Shown in pieces: positions 18,160 to 28,506 of a stretch of 64,000 nt of DNA; position 1 is the stretch's first letter; each line of letters opens with the position of its first letter. Source of the DNA: a bacterium (GTDB taxonomy: Bacteria > Bacteroidota > Bacteroidia > NS11-12g > UBA9320); the NCBI GenBank assembly GCA_018223105.1, contig JAAEYY010000010.1, forward strand, positions 34,812 to 98,811, written 5' to 3'. The position numbers and the translations under genes were made by a program. Under the pieces are notes generated by a model, which did not search any database, was not told the DNA's origin, and worked only from the letters and a program-made list of their open reading frames with translations.

Positions 18160-20595
18160 ATGTATACCGCGGGAGATATCGCTAAAATTGTAAATGGAAC
18201 TCTCGTAGGAGATGCGGGAATTCACATCAAATCTCTCGCTTTTGATAGCCGTAAAATTGGCCGACCCGCAGAAACCTTGTTTTTTGCCATTCGGTCTCAA
18301 CATGCCGATGGACACAAATACCTCAATGAGGTGAAAGCAGCCGGAATCGCTGCTGTTGTTGTAGACCACGATCCGGAAATTGATGGTTTAAACTATATCC
18401 GAGTTCAAGATACCTTAGCCGCCTTGCAAACCTTGGCGAAAGATCATCGAAATCGCTTTGATCTAAAAGTCGTTGGTATTACCGGAAGCAACGGGAAAAC
18501 CATAGTAAAAGAATGGATATATCATCTTGCTGCTTCCACTTTTAATACTGTTAAAAACCCTAAAAGCTATAACTCTCAAATTGGAGTACCGTTCTCCATC
18601 TGGAATATTAAAAAAGAGCATAAACTTGGGATTTTTGAGGCGGGAATATCGCAGCCGGGAGAAATGTCCCGACTCGAACAAATTATTCAGCCTCATATTG
18701 GTATTTTTACCTATTTGGGTGATGCGCATAATGCTAATTTCAAATCTGACGAGGAGAAATTAGAGGAGAAACTGCAGCTCTTTGATCATTGCGAAACAGT
18801 AATTTGTCCGGCAAACCAAACTTTAGCACTGCAAAAGCTTAGAGAAAAAGGTTTAAACGTCTTAACCTGGAGCGATAAAGAAACTGCTCAACTTCAGGTT
18901 TTGAATGTGCAAAAAGAGAAATCGGAAACTCGAGTTCAATTATTATATCGAGGCAGCGGAATTACTTTCGACCTAGATCTGCCGTTTTCTGATGACAGTT
19001 CAATACACAATGCCTTAAGCGCTTCACTTTGCGCATTGCATCTGGGTGTTTCGGTTGAGGAATTACGTTCTAAAGCAAAATCACTGCAAGCCATAGACAT
19101 GCGGCTTCAGCAAGTTCCGGGAATCAATCAAAACCATCTGGTTTTAGACTTCTACAACTCCGACATGGAGAGTTTGAAAATTGCTTTAGACTTCCTCAAA
19201 CAACAACAGGGAGATAAAAAAGCAGTGATCATTTTGTCTGATATCTTACAGTCAGGGTTGGATGAAACAAGTATTGTTAAAGACATTCAAAAGCTGCTGA
19301 AGGAATATTCAGTTAAGAAACTCATCGCTATAGGGAATCAATTCAAGCAATTACAAGCAGACCATTATGAAATTGAGGTTTTTGAGGATACCGATGATTT
19401 TTTAAATCGTTTTCCGTTATACACCTTGCACGATGATTTCATATTATTAAAAGGAGCGAGGCCCTTCAAGTTTGAAAAGATCGCTGATCGGTTGAGCGCT
19501 AAAGTACATCAAACCGTGCTGGAGGTGAACATGACCCAATTACAGTTGAACCTCAAACTTCATCAAGCTCAAAGTGGTCCGAATACCAAGACCATGGCCA
19601 TGGTAAAAGCTTTTGCCTATGGTGTTGGGGGATATGAAGTTGCCAAGTTGATGGAGTATAATAAGGTGGATTACCTTGGAGTAGCGTATTTAGATGAAGC
19701 CATAAGCCTCAGGGAGTCGGGAATTCATGCTCCGATTATGATTCTCAACGCCGATTTCAGCAAAGCGAGCACCATAAGTGAATATCAGGTGGAACCGACA
19801 GTGTATTCACTGGAATCTTTAAGTGATTTAATTCGCTACGGGGATGGATTACCTATTACCATTCACCTCGAGTTTGACACCGGAATGCATAGGCTCGGTT
19901 TTACTGATGAAGACCTTGAAGCGCTCATTAAAATCTTGCATCAACATGAAAACCTAAAGCCTGCCTCGGTATACAGTCATTTAGCCGTGGCAGATGATTC
20001 AAGTCAAGATGAGTTTACTTTATCACAATACAAACGATTCTCTTTAATCGCAAAAAGAATAAAACAAGAGTTTGGTGAAGAGGTACTAAGCCATATTTCC
20101 AACTCTTCCGGCATTCAGCGCTTTCCGGAGTTCGACTTAGATATGGTGCGATTGGGCATTGGTTTATATGGAATTTCCTCGGATCCCGAAATCGGTGAGA
20201 AGCTCGATAATGTAGTGACCTTTAAAAGCTATATCGCTCAAATCAGGATAGTAAAAGCGGGAGAAGGTATAGGTTACGGACTGCATAGCAAATCAGACCG
20301 GGATAGAAAAATTGCAGTGGTTGCTGTGGGCTACGCCGATGGTTATAGCAGAGATTACAGTCAGGGGAAAGGATATTTTCTCATCAACAATAAAAAAGCA
20401 GAAGTCACGGGAAATGTGTGCATGGATATGACCATGTGCGATGTGACAGATATCGATTGCAAAGCCGGAGATGAAGTCATTATTTTTGGCGAGCATCCTT
20501 CGATAGAAGAGTTGGCCAAGATTCAAAACACAATTCCGTACGAAGTTTTATCGGCGGTGAGCCAGAGAGTGAATAGAGTATTTTATCAGGAGTAA
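18160..20595 (+). CDS. alr: Bifunctional MurF/alanine racemase
   Basis: Start placed at ATG 18160 after TAATTTTG; DSRK, GITGSNGKT, SYNSQIGVP (MurF); MVKAFAYG, DTGMHRLG, CMDMTM, TIPYE (Alr). Confidence 0.93.
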   Translation: MYTAGDIAKIVNGTLVGDAGIHIKSLAFDSRKIGRPAETLFFAIRSQHADGHKYLNEVKAAGIAAVVVDHDPEIDGLNYIRVQDTLAALQTLAKDHRNRFDLKVVGITGSNGKTIVKEWIYHLAASTFNTVKNPKSYNSQIGVPFSIWNIKKEHKLGIFEAGISQPGEMSRLEQIIQPHIGIFTYLGDAHNANFKSDEEKLEEKLQLFDHCETVICPANQTLALQKLREKGLNVLTWSDKETAQLQVLNVQKEKSETRVQLLYRGSGITFDLDLPFSDDSSIHNALSASLCALHLGVSVEELRSKAKSLQAIDMRLQQVPGINQNHLVLDFYNSDMESLKIALDFLKQQQGDKKAVIILSDILQSGLDETSIVKDIQKLLKEYSVKKLIAIGNQFKQLQADHYEIEVFEDTDDFLNRFPLYTLHDDFILLKGARPFKFEKIADRLSAKVHQTVLEVNMTQLQLNLKLHQAQSGPNTKTMAMVKAFAYGVGGYEVAKLMEYNKVDYLGVAYLDEAISLRESGIHAPIMILNADFSKASTISEYQVEPTVYSLESLSDLIRYGDGLPITIHLEFDTGMHRLGFTDEDLEALIKILHQHENLKPASVYSHLAVADDSSQDEFTLSQYKRFSLIAKRIKQEFGEEVLSHISNSSGIQRFPEFDLDMVRLGIGLYGISSDPEIGEKLDNVVTFKSYIAQIRIVKAGEGIGYGLHSKSDRDRKIAVVAVGYADGYSRDYSQGKGYFLINNKKAEVTGNVCMDMTMCDVTDIDCKAGDEVIIFGEHPSIEELAKIQNTIPYEVLSAVSQRVNRVFYQE

Positions 20596-20596
20596 G

Positions 20597-21547
20597 ATGG
20601 ACAAGCAAAAGATCATAGCGGGAATGGAGCAGGGCGATCATCGCAGCTTATCAAAAGCAATCACCCTTGCAGAGAGCAGTAGACCCGATAAATACGAAAT
20701 GGCGCTTGAAATACTAGAGCATTTTGGTCAGGTAGAGGGAAGCTTTAGAATAGGAATTACCGGTACTCCTGGCGCAGGTAAAAGTACTTTGATTAATGTT
20801 TTAGGCAAAGAACTTATAGATCTTAACCCCAATGAAAAACTAGCTGTACTCAGTATTGATCCGAGCAGCTCAGTTTCGGGAGGTAGTATTTTGGGCGATA
20901 AAACAAGAATGGCAGATCTATCTCAAAGAGATGATGTGTTTATTAGACCCACAGCTTCCGGGACCTATGCAGGAGGTTTGTCAAGGAATACCCGTTTGGC
21001 CATGTTAATGTGCGAAGCTGCCGGTTTTAAGCAAATCATCGTTGAAACCGTTGGAGTTGGACAAGGTGAAACTGAAATATCTCAGTTGACCGATATGTTT
21101 GTCTTGTTGCTTAGTCCGGGAGGCGGCGACGAGCTTCAAGGCATCAAACGAGGGATTGTAGAGCTTGCAGATTTATTGGTGGTGAACAAAGCTGATGGAG
21201 ATTCAGAAGAAAGTGCAAAACGCACGGCGAAGGAGTACGCCATGGCTCAGCACTTGTTGCCAGAGACAGATAGTGGTTGGAAACCCAAAGTCTTAACCTG
21301 CTCTGCATTAAAAAATATCAGAATAGATAAGCTGGCAGAAGAGATCTTAAATTACAAGAAGTTTGCCGAAGGAGATGTCATAAAATCGACGCGAGAAGCT
21401 CAAGCTGAATTTTGGCTTTTAAAGAATTTGCAGGCCCATTTGATGAAGGTGTTTTCTTCCTTAAACTCTGAGCATAAGGAGCAATACGATGCTTCAGCTT
21501 TACCGGAACGCATTGCGCTCGAGCTCAGCAAGAAAATCAGCTTGTAA
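20597..21547 (+). CDS. meaB: Methylmalonyl-CoA mutase-associated GTPase MeaB
   Basis: GTPGAGKST, DPSS..SGGSILGDKTRM, ETVGVGQ, GDELQGIKRG, NKAD. Confidence 0.93.
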   Translation: MDKQKIIAGMEQGDHRSLSKAITLAESSRPDKYEMALEILEHFGQVEGSFRIGITGTPGAGKSTLINVLGKELIDLNPNEKLAVLSIDPSSSVSGGSILGDKTRMADLSQRDDVFIRPTASGTYAGGLSRNTRLAMLMCEAAGFKQIIVETVGVGQGETEISQLTDMFVLLLSPGGGDELQGIKRGIVELADLLVVNKADGDSEESAKRTAKEYAMAQHLLPETDSGWKPKVLTCSALKNIRIDKLAEEILNYKKFAEGDVIKSTREAQAEFWLLKNLQAHLMKVFSSLNSEHKEQYDASALPERIALELSKKISL

Positions 21548-21629
21548 AATTTGATCTAAAAAATCTTCTATTTTGATTAAAAAATAAAAATTTTTATGTT
21601 GGTTTGCCCACTTTTTAATTGATAGTACC

Positions 21630-22745
21630 ATGATTATTGGCGTACCTAAAGAAATCAAAAACAACGAAAACCGAATTGCACTTACCCCCGGTGGTGCTTT
21701 AGAACTTATTAAGCGCGGACATACTGTATATGTTCAGCAAGGTGGTGGAAACGGAAGTGGATTCCCTGATGAACAGTATATCGATGCAGGAGCGAAAATT
21801 CTTCCTACCATCGAAGAAGTGTATGACATTGCTGAGATGATTATTAAGGTGAAAGAGCCTATTGAATCTGAGTACAAGTTAATTAAAGAAAATCAGCTGG
21901 TATTTACTTACTTCCACTTCGCGAGTCATGAGCCTTTAACTAAAGCTATGATCGACAGTGGTGCTATTTGTCTTGCATACGAAACTGTTGAAGCTCCGGA
22001 TAGAAGTTTACCACTTTTGATTCCGATGAGTGAAGTAGCTGGTAGAATGGCAATTCAGGAAGGTGCTAAATACCTCGAGAAGCCTATTAAAGGTAAAGGA
22101 GTTTTACTAGGAGGTGTTCCGGGTGTTGCTCCGGGTAAGGTACTAGTGATCGGTGGCGGTGTTGTGGGAACACAAGCTGCTAAAATGGCTGCCGGACTTG
22201 GTGCTCAGGTTACCATCCTCGATGTTAGCTTAAACCGATTAAGATATTTGAACGATGTTATGCCGGCTAACGTGGTAACTCGTTTTTCAAGCGAAATGAA
22301 CATCCGCGACCTGGTTCCTCAAATGGACCTCATTGTTGGTGCTGTTCTTATTCCGGGTGCTAAAGCTCCAAACTTGATTACCAGAGACATGCTTAAAACG
22401 ATGTCGCCAGGTACCGTTTTGGTAGACGTGGCAGTGGATCAAGGTGGATGTATCGAAACCTGTAAACCTACCACTCACGAAGATCCTACTTTCATTATTG
22501 ATGATGTAGTTCATTACTGTGTGGCTAACATGCCGGGTGCAGTGCCTTATACTTCTACTATTGCTCTTACCAACGCTACTCTTCCATATGCTATTAAATT
22601 AGCCGATATGGGTTGGAAAGAAGCTTGTCAGAAAGATATTGGAATTCGTACCGGACTCAATGTGGTTCACGGTAAAGTATGTTACAAAGGGGTTGCAGAA
22701 GCATTTAACCTCGAGTACCATCCTGTGGATGAATTACTGGCCTAA
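21630..22745 (+). CDS. ald: Alanine dehydrogenase
   Basis: GVPKEIKNNENR, PMSEVAGR, GGGVVG, VANMPGAVP. Confidence 0.96.
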   Translation: MIIGVPKEIKNNENRIALTPGGALELIKRGHTVYVQQGGGNGSGFPDEQYIDAGAKILPTIEEVYDIAEMIIKVKEPIESEYKLIKENQLVFTYFHFASHEPLTKAMIDSGAICLAYETVEAPDRSLPLLIPMSEVAGRMAIQEGAKYLEKPIKGKGVLLGGVPGVAPGKVLVIGGGVVGTQAAKMAAGLGAQVTILDVSLNRLRYLNDVMPANVVTRFSSEMNIRDLVPQMDLIVGAVLIPGAKAPNLITRDMLKTMSPGTVLVDVAVDQGGCIETCKPTTHEDPTFIIDDVVHYCVANMPGAVPYTSTIALTNATLPYAIKLADMGWKEACQKDIGIRTGLNVVHGKVCYKGVAEAFNLEYHPVDELLA

Positions 22746-23518
22746 TGCCTGTTGATTTATTCCATAAAACCTATTCAAATCCAAACTCTAATCGCTACCT
22801 GATTATCCTACATGGATTATTCGGGATGCTGGATAATTGGCATAAAATAGCCAAATCACTTTCTAGTGAGATCAATGTGGTTACAGTAGATCTCAGAAAT
22901 CATGGTCAGAGTCCGCATACCGATGAAATGTCATTGAAGTTGATGTCGGAAGACCTTTCAAAGCTCTTCGAAACCTTGGGCATTGAAAAGGCCATTTTAA
23001 TGGGACATAGCATGGGAGGTAAGGTAGCTATGGCTTTTGCTGATCAGTTTCCTCAGTATTTAGAGAAGCTGATTGTGGTGGATATTGCACCAAAAGAATA
23101 CCCTCGGGGTCATGATCGATATTTTAAAGCGTTTAGGGAGCTTGATTTTGCTTCTTTTGAGAATCGCAAGGATGCGGATGATGCTTTAGCTGAGCGCGAG
23201 CCTGTATTGGCTATACGTCAGTTCTTGTTGAAGAATATCGATAGAAAAGAAGGGGGAGGATATGAGCTTAAATTGAATGTGGAGGCTATTGAGAAGTTCT
23301 ATCCAAGTTTGATTCAGTCGCTTGATTTTCAGTGGATTATTGATGTTCCGAGTCTGTTTATTAATGGGGCTAAATCTGAGTATATTTTAGAGGAGGATAG
23401 AGCAGTTATTGCTGAGACGTTTACGAACGCTGAGTTTGAGACGATTGAGGGAGCGGGGCATTGGATACATGCGGAGAAGCCGGAGGAGTTTAAGGAAGTG
23501 GTGCGGAGGTTTATTTGA
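22745..23518 (+). CDS. Alpha/beta hydrolase (YbfF-like esterase)
   Basis: HGLFG, DLRNHG, GHSMGG, AGHWIHAE. Confidence 0.9.
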   Translation: MPVDLFHKTYSNPNSNRYLIILHGLFGMLDNWHKIAKSLSSEINVVTVDLRNHGQSPHTDEMSLKLMSEDLSKLFETLGIEKAILMGHSMGGKVAMAFADQFPQYLEKLIVVDIAPKEYPRGHDRYFKAFRELDFASFENRKDADDALAEREPVLAIRQFLLKNIDRKEGGGYELKLNVEAIEKFYPSLIQSLDFQWIIDVPSLFINGAKSEYILEEDRAVIAETFTNAEFETIEGAGHWIHAEKPEEFKEVVRRFI

Positions 23519-23520
23519 TT

Positions 23521-23653
23521 TCTCTCGCGGAGCCGCTGAGTACGCAGAATATCTCTCACAAAGCCACGAAGCCACGAAGGGCAATTAAAAAACACTTTCT
23601 GTTTAGTTTGACGCTTTTGGCAACCTACTAGGCAAATTATTCTCTCACAGAGG
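23521..23653 (+). repeat. Cluster of REP-like units (TCTCTC-(G/A)C(A/G)GAG / CACAAAG type)
   Basis: Three units starting TCTCTC at 23521, 23552 and 23641 with internal short tandem motifs (GCCACGAA x2). The third is interrupted by the IS; CACAGAGG resumes at 24206-24213. Confidence 0.6.
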
Positions 23654-24203
23654 CCTTTAGATTCGAACTTTAATATTTCAGATTATATTTATTAAACATA
23701 TCTGGAGAACCAGAGAAATTGAAGTGAACTAAACAGAGGCATAGATCAGGATCTATTCTGTGTATTAGACTTCTCTTTCTCAAGGGTTTATGTGCCATTT
23801 AGAATTTTAAGCGTGTAGGCTTATTAAAGGTATTAGCTTAAAACCCCTCTTGTGGTTCCCCAAAAATTTAAAAAGGTATGGAAAAGATATTTACAGGAAT
23901 TGACATTTCAAAGGACTGGCTGGATTTTGTTGTTTGTTCTGACCAACATCAAGTTCTTCTCGGTCCTGAAAGAGTGACTAATGATGCCAAGGGTATCAGT
24001 AAACTCATCGCTAAATCATCTGCTCTTGCTCAATCTAATTGGTTCTGTTTTGAACACACCGGTAGTTATGGACTCGTTCTGTGCAGTTTACTACAAGCCA
24101 GAGATTGCGACTTCTCAGTTGTTCCCGCCTTAGAGATTATTCAGTCTCAAGGCATGACTCGAGGTAAGTCTGACAAGATTGATGCTCAAAGAATTGCACA
24201 GGG
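23653..24203 (+). mobile_element. Truncated IS110-family element (left non-coding end plus 5' part of recombinase)
   Basis: Structured ~220-nt 5' non-coding end, then the DEDD RuvC-like N-terminus; junctions fall inside a CACAGAGG repeat. Confidence 0.8.
23704..23861 (+). ncRNA. Putative IS110 bridge RNA
   Basis: Outer stem GGAGAACCA/TGGTTCCCC. Hairpin 1 (23713-23781) has internal-loop strands ACAGAGGC and TCTGTGTA; hairpin 2 (23783-23848) has TTAAAGGT. These match the flanking target and element end. Confidence 0.7.
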
Positions 24204-24273
24204 TGCACAGAGGATCTACATTCTACGTAGCTTCAGCGGAGGTGAAGAGGGTTTACTGGGACAAAGCGGCTAG
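23878..24273 (+). pseudogene. IS110 family recombinase, N-terminal fragment
   Basis: GIDISKD, FEHTGSYG, RGKSDKIDAQRIA (D-E-D-D residues). Homology stops near 24200 and the frame runs into repeat DNA; the Ser-containing C-terminal domain is absent. Confidence 0.88.
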
Positions 24274-24349
24274 ATTACATTCTTTTTGCTCGTAAATTCC
24301 TTGCTGCGGTAGTTATGAAATTCTTTATAATTGTTACAGAAATTAAGAG

Positions 24350-26848
24350 GTGAGGCTAAACGCATTTTTAATACTACTTTTTTACGCTGTACTTTCCTTT
24401 GCTCAAAACACGGTCATTACGGGTAGAGTTGTGGATGGAAACACGGGTGAACCTTTGCCTTTTGTTACCATGCGGGCTTCTAATGCTCAGGTGGGTGCCA
24501 TCACAGATTTCGATGGATATTACAAACTAACTACCGACGTTCCTTTCGACAGTCTAATCGCCGATTATTTTGGTTATGAAGATCTAGCTCTTCCAGTTAA
24601 GAACGGAGAGACTCAGGTGCTTGATTTTACCTTGTATCCTGCCACCAATACCATAGGTGAAGTAGTAGTAAAACCGGGAGGGGTAAACCCCGCCGAAATC
24701 ATTATGAAACGAGCGAGGAAGAACAAGAAAGAGTACAATCCGGAGAAAATAGAATATTACCAATACGACGGATATAATAAGGTTCAACTGGCCGTAGATA
24801 ATGTCACCGACAAGTTCCAAAAGCGTAAAATCTTTAAGGCAATGGAGCCGTTGTTTGATACAATTTCTGCGTTTACAGATTCTTCGTCTAATAAAGTATT
24901 GCCAGTTTTTGTATCGGAGACCGTGAGTGAATACTACTTCAGGAAAACGCCGAGAAGAACAAAAGAAGTGATATTAGCTACCAAGGTCCAAGGTGTGGGC
25001 GTTGGCGAAGAGAGCTACATCGCACAAGTGCTGGGATCTACATTTCAGCAGTATAATTTCTACGAAAACAACCTCTATATCTTAGATAAAGATTTTATAT
25101 CACCTCTGTCCATTCAAGCGAGTTTATACTACTATTTCCAACTCATAGATACCATGAGGATTGATGGTCAGCTTTGCCATCAAATCCATGTCACGGGACA
25201 AAACCCCAAAGACCTCGTATTCAATGGTATGATCTGGATTACCGACTCTACCTATGCTATAAAAAGACTCAATTTGGAGATCACCAAAGAGGCCAATCTT
25301 AACTTTATTGAGAAGCTCAAGATACAGCAAGAATTTGTAGAAGTGGAGCCTAACTACTGGCTGCCGTACAAAACCAGGGTATTAATTGACATTTCTGAGC
25401 TTACAGGAAACACTGCCGGGATGATAGGCTTGTATTACAATTCAGCAAAGAATATCACTATCAACCGTGCTAAAGAATTGAGCTTTTACGAGGAGAAAAT
25501 CAATGTAAAAGAGGATGCATACCACAAAACCACGGAATACTGGGATTCAGCCCGACACGAACAAATTAGCGAGGTAGATAAACGGGTCTACAAACTGGTC
25601 GACTCACTTAAAAACCAACCTTTGGTAAAGACCTATGTCGACATTGTCGAGATCTTGGTTGAGGGTCATGTGCCCATGGGCAAAATAGAACTGGGTCCTT
25701 ATCATTATTTGGTAGGATATAACCGATTGGAAGGATTTAGAACCAGAATTGGCTTTAGAACGAGTCCGGAGTTTTCAAAGAACTTCATGTTCCGAACCTA
25801 TGGAGCTTATGGTTTTAAGGACGAGCAGTTTAAGTATGGATTCTTTGCAGATTATGTATTTAACCGCACCAAATGGGCCAAGGGAGGAGCGTACATTAAA
25901 AAAGATGTGGAGTTGATAGGTTTAACCGATGAAGAAGTGGGAACTTCTGCCTTGTACGATGCCTTTGCTACCTTTGGAACGGATCAACTGAACCGGGCGT
26001 TTACAAAACGGATTTGGTATGAGAAAGAATTGATCAAAGGCTACACCCAAAAGATCAATTTCACTCAAAAAGACTTCATTTTCGACCCCATTGGCGAGTT
26101 TAATTTTAAATATGACCCATTTCCACTGGACAGTAATAATGAACTTCAATCTGATTTCAGTATTACCACCGTCAATTTAAGAGGAAGAATCTCGCATAAG
26201 GAACAGTTTATCATCCGAAGGAACAATCGCTACAGCTTGGGTAACTTAAAAGCTCCTGTGCTGAGCATAGACTATACTCATGGATTTAAAAATGTGCTTG
26301 GCGGTGATTTTGATTTCGACAAACTCGGATTGGAGTTATGGCAGTTCAATAGCCTGGGCAACTTAGGAACTTTTGAATATACCGTAAAAGCCTATAAGGT
26401 CTTTGGTACCTTACCTTACCCTATTTTGTTCATCATGCGGGGAAATGAGAGTCCTTTGAGTAGTTCTATTTCTTACAACCTCATGGACTTCTTTGAGTTT
26501 GCTGCGGATCAATATCTTTCTGTGGATTATGAGCATCAGTTTAATGGAATCATATTGAACCGAGTTCCATTGATTAAAAACCTCAAATGGAGGGCTTTTG
26601 TAAACACCAAAGCGGTGTATGGCACTATGAGTACAGCCAACAGTGCTTTAATGCCCATGGACGAAACGGGAATTACCAATCCGGCCTTTTTCAGATCAGG
26701 TATTCCCTATTGGGAATTGGGCTATGGAATAGAAAACATCTTCCGTTTTATAAGGGTGGATTTCATTCATAGAATGACCTATGTAGGGGATAATTATCCC
26801 GATGCAAGGAGATTTGGTGTGAAGTTTAATGCGGTGTTGAGATTCTAG
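24350..26848 (+). CDS. Outer-membrane protein with CarboxypepD_reg-like N-terminus and DUF5686
   Basis: Signal peptide, ITGRVVDGNTGEPLPF, FISPL, YNRLEGFR, GIENIFRFIRVD, terminal Phe. Confidence 0.85.
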   Translation: MRLNAFLILLFYAVLSFAQNTVITGRVVDGNTGEPLPFVTMRASNAQVGAITDFDGYYKLTTDVPFDSLIADYFGYEDLALPVKNGETQVLDFTLYPATNTIGEVVVKPGGVNPAEIIMKRARKNKKEYNPEKIEYYQYDGYNKVQLAVDNVTDKFQKRKIFKAMEPLFDTISAFTDSSSNKVLPVFVSETVSEYYFRKTPRRTKEVILATKVQGVGVGEESYIAQVLGSTFQQYNFYENNLYILDKDFISPLSIQASLYYYFQLIDTMRIDGQLCHQIHVTGQNPKDLVFNGMIWITDSTYAIKRLNLEITKEANLNFIEKLKIQQEFVEVEPNYWLPYKTRVLIDISELTGNTAGMIGLYYNSAKNITINRAKELSFYEEKINVKEDAYHKTTEYWDSARHEQISEVDKRVYKLVDSLKNQPLVKTYVDIVEILVEGHVPMGKIELGPYHYLVGYNRLEGFRTRIGFRTSPEFSKNFMFRTYGAYGFKDEQFKYGFFADYVFNRTKWAKGGAYIKKDVELIGLTDEEVGTSALYDAFATFGTDQLNRAFTKRIWYEKELIKGYTQKINFTQKDFIFDPIGEFNFKYDPFPLDSNNELQSDFSITTVNLRGRISHKEQFIIRRNNRYSLGNLKAPVLSIDYTHGFKNVLGGDFDFDKLGLELWQFNSLGNLGTFEYTVKAYKVFGTLPYPILFIMRGNESPLSSSISYNLMDFFEFAADQYLSVDYEHQFNGIILNRVPLIKNLKWRAFVNTKAVYGTMSTANSALMPMDETGITNPAFFRSGIPYWELGYGIENIFRFIRVDFIHRMTYVGDNYPDARRFGVKFNAVLRF

Positions 26849-27016
26849 AAAATTGGAATTTCCATTCATTCACCGTGCGCACAATTCCTATCAACGTTGC
26901 ATTTTGCTATAACGTGTCCGGAGACGTTAAGGTTTTGGGTCGATGGGAAGTTCTATCCTAAATGTAGACCCCACACCCTCTTCCGACTCAAAACTTATAC
27001 TCCCTTTATGATCTTC
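26849..27016. repeat. Direct repeat copy A (histidine-kinase 3' end plus downstream DNA)
   Basis: 26874-27016 matches 28177-28319 with 3 mismatches (offset 1303); AAAATTGGA also recurs at the same offset. Minus strand encodes [29 protein letters not shown]. Confidence 0.92.
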
Positions 27017-27030
27017 CATTAAAATACATC

Positions 27031-27696
27031 TTATAAATAAACCTTTAAGCCTAAATTACCTAAAATAAGAAACTTATTTGGTTTATAATTAGGTACAGCT
27101 GGTCTGACTAGAGGATTCAAAGTTATTTCAGTTTTTGGAAAGTAGTACATGTTTAGGTCACAATAGATCCCAAGATGCCTGATAAGTTTAATGTTGAATG
27201 CACTACCCAGTCTAAAACCTAATTCATGATATCTATTAAAATCAACGCTTGTGTGACCAAAAAATTTACTGTAGATTACCATTTCACCGTAACCATATCT
27301 ATATGCAAGGCCTGCAACAGTGTTTAGGTAGAAACCTGTCTGATTGCGCATTTTGCTAAAGGTGTTTCGCTGAACATTTACTTCTATTAGGTTTGCATTT
27401 AAAAACTCAATATCTCCTACACTATTACTATAGTCAAAATACTCAAAATAAATATGTTGGAATTTTGAGTGTAGAGACCACGTAGAATCTAAATGATAAC
27501 CAACTCCAACCTCACCTGTAATAGTACCTTGCCAGTTGGCTCTCCTATTAACTTTAAGTTATAGACGAATAATATCATAACGCATAGTTGATCCAATGTT
27601 CAATTCAAATTTTTGCCCATAGCAAGAATTTACGAAGCATTGGATCAACAGCGTTATTGATATCAGTTGAAAAGAAATAACTTTACAATTTGACAA
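27031..27696 (-). pseudogene. Outer-membrane beta-barrel-like protein with in-frame TAA at 27559-27561
   Basis: From TTG 27696: signal-like N-terminus (..NSCYGQKFELNIG..), one stop, then open to ..GNLGLKVYL. Confidence 0.65.
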
Positions 27697-28144
27697 ATCT
27701 TATTTTACTTTCAAACGGTCCACTTAATTCAATATAGTAAACTCCTTGTTCTAATTCAGTAACATCTATTACTACTTTACTAGATCCATTTTCTGCATTT
27801 ACTTTCTGAACAGCTCGACCATTTTGGTCAACAAGTGTAATAATAGTATTTATATTGCTATTTACAGATTTCCATTCAACAGTAATAGTATTGTTTGTTG
27901 GATTTGGATAAGCTACTAAGTTAGTATTATCATCCAATTTTTCAATATTTAAGCCAGGGTTTGCTTCACCAGGAGGATCAAAACCGCCGCCATCAAATGT
28001 TGGACATGCTGGAGCTTCACATACACATGGGCCACCGACATTAATAGCTGTCCAAGCTTTGAATGTTTCAAATTCCTCGGTTGAGCAGGCACCAAATGAA
28101 AATCTAGCCGCAGCTCGTTCATTTGCTAAAGCTTGAAAGGTAGG
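27683..28144 (-). pseudogene. 5'-truncated M4 (thermolysin-like) peptidase end with T9SS type A sorting domain
   Basis: No start codon; ..AARFSFGACSTEEFETFKAWTAINVG resembles the M4 C-terminus, followed by AYPNPT...GVYYI..RFVK CTD. Confidence 0.65.
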
Positions 28145-28151
28145 CTAAGTT

Positions 28152-28412
28152 AAAATTGGAGTTAGCGGGGTATAATCGTGCGCACAATTCCTATCAACGT
28201 TGCATTTTGCTATAACGTGTCCGGAGACGTTAAGGTTTTGGGTCGATGGGAAGTTCTATCCTAAATGTTGACCCCACACCCTCTTCCGACTCAAAACTTA
28301 TATTCCCTTTATGATCCTCTATAATTGCATACGAAATAGACAAGCCCAGCCCGGTACCTTTACCCACCGGTTTGGAAGTATAAAAAGGCTCGAATATTTT
28401 GTTTTGGATATC
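28152..28412 (-). pseudogene. Displaced histidine-kinase HATPase 3' fragment (repeat copy B)
   Basis: [38 protein letters not shown]...IELPIDPKP*, near-identical in protein to the C-terminus of 32399-34495. Confidence 0.9.
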
Positions 28413-28506
28413 TTTGATTTTATTAAATGACAAAAATTCTAATTTAGACCGCAATCTTTGACCAATAATTTAATGAAAAGATGTTAGCGGCAAAAAAGAC
28501 ATTCTA

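Noticed and set aside
18160-20595. MurF-Alr fusion as a novelty
   Set aside because: Common, well-known fusion in Bacteroidota
23521-23653. Short repeats as a possible CRISPR array
   Set aside because: Units are degenerate and irregularly spaced, with no cas genes; REP-like instead. No CRISPR array seen in the window
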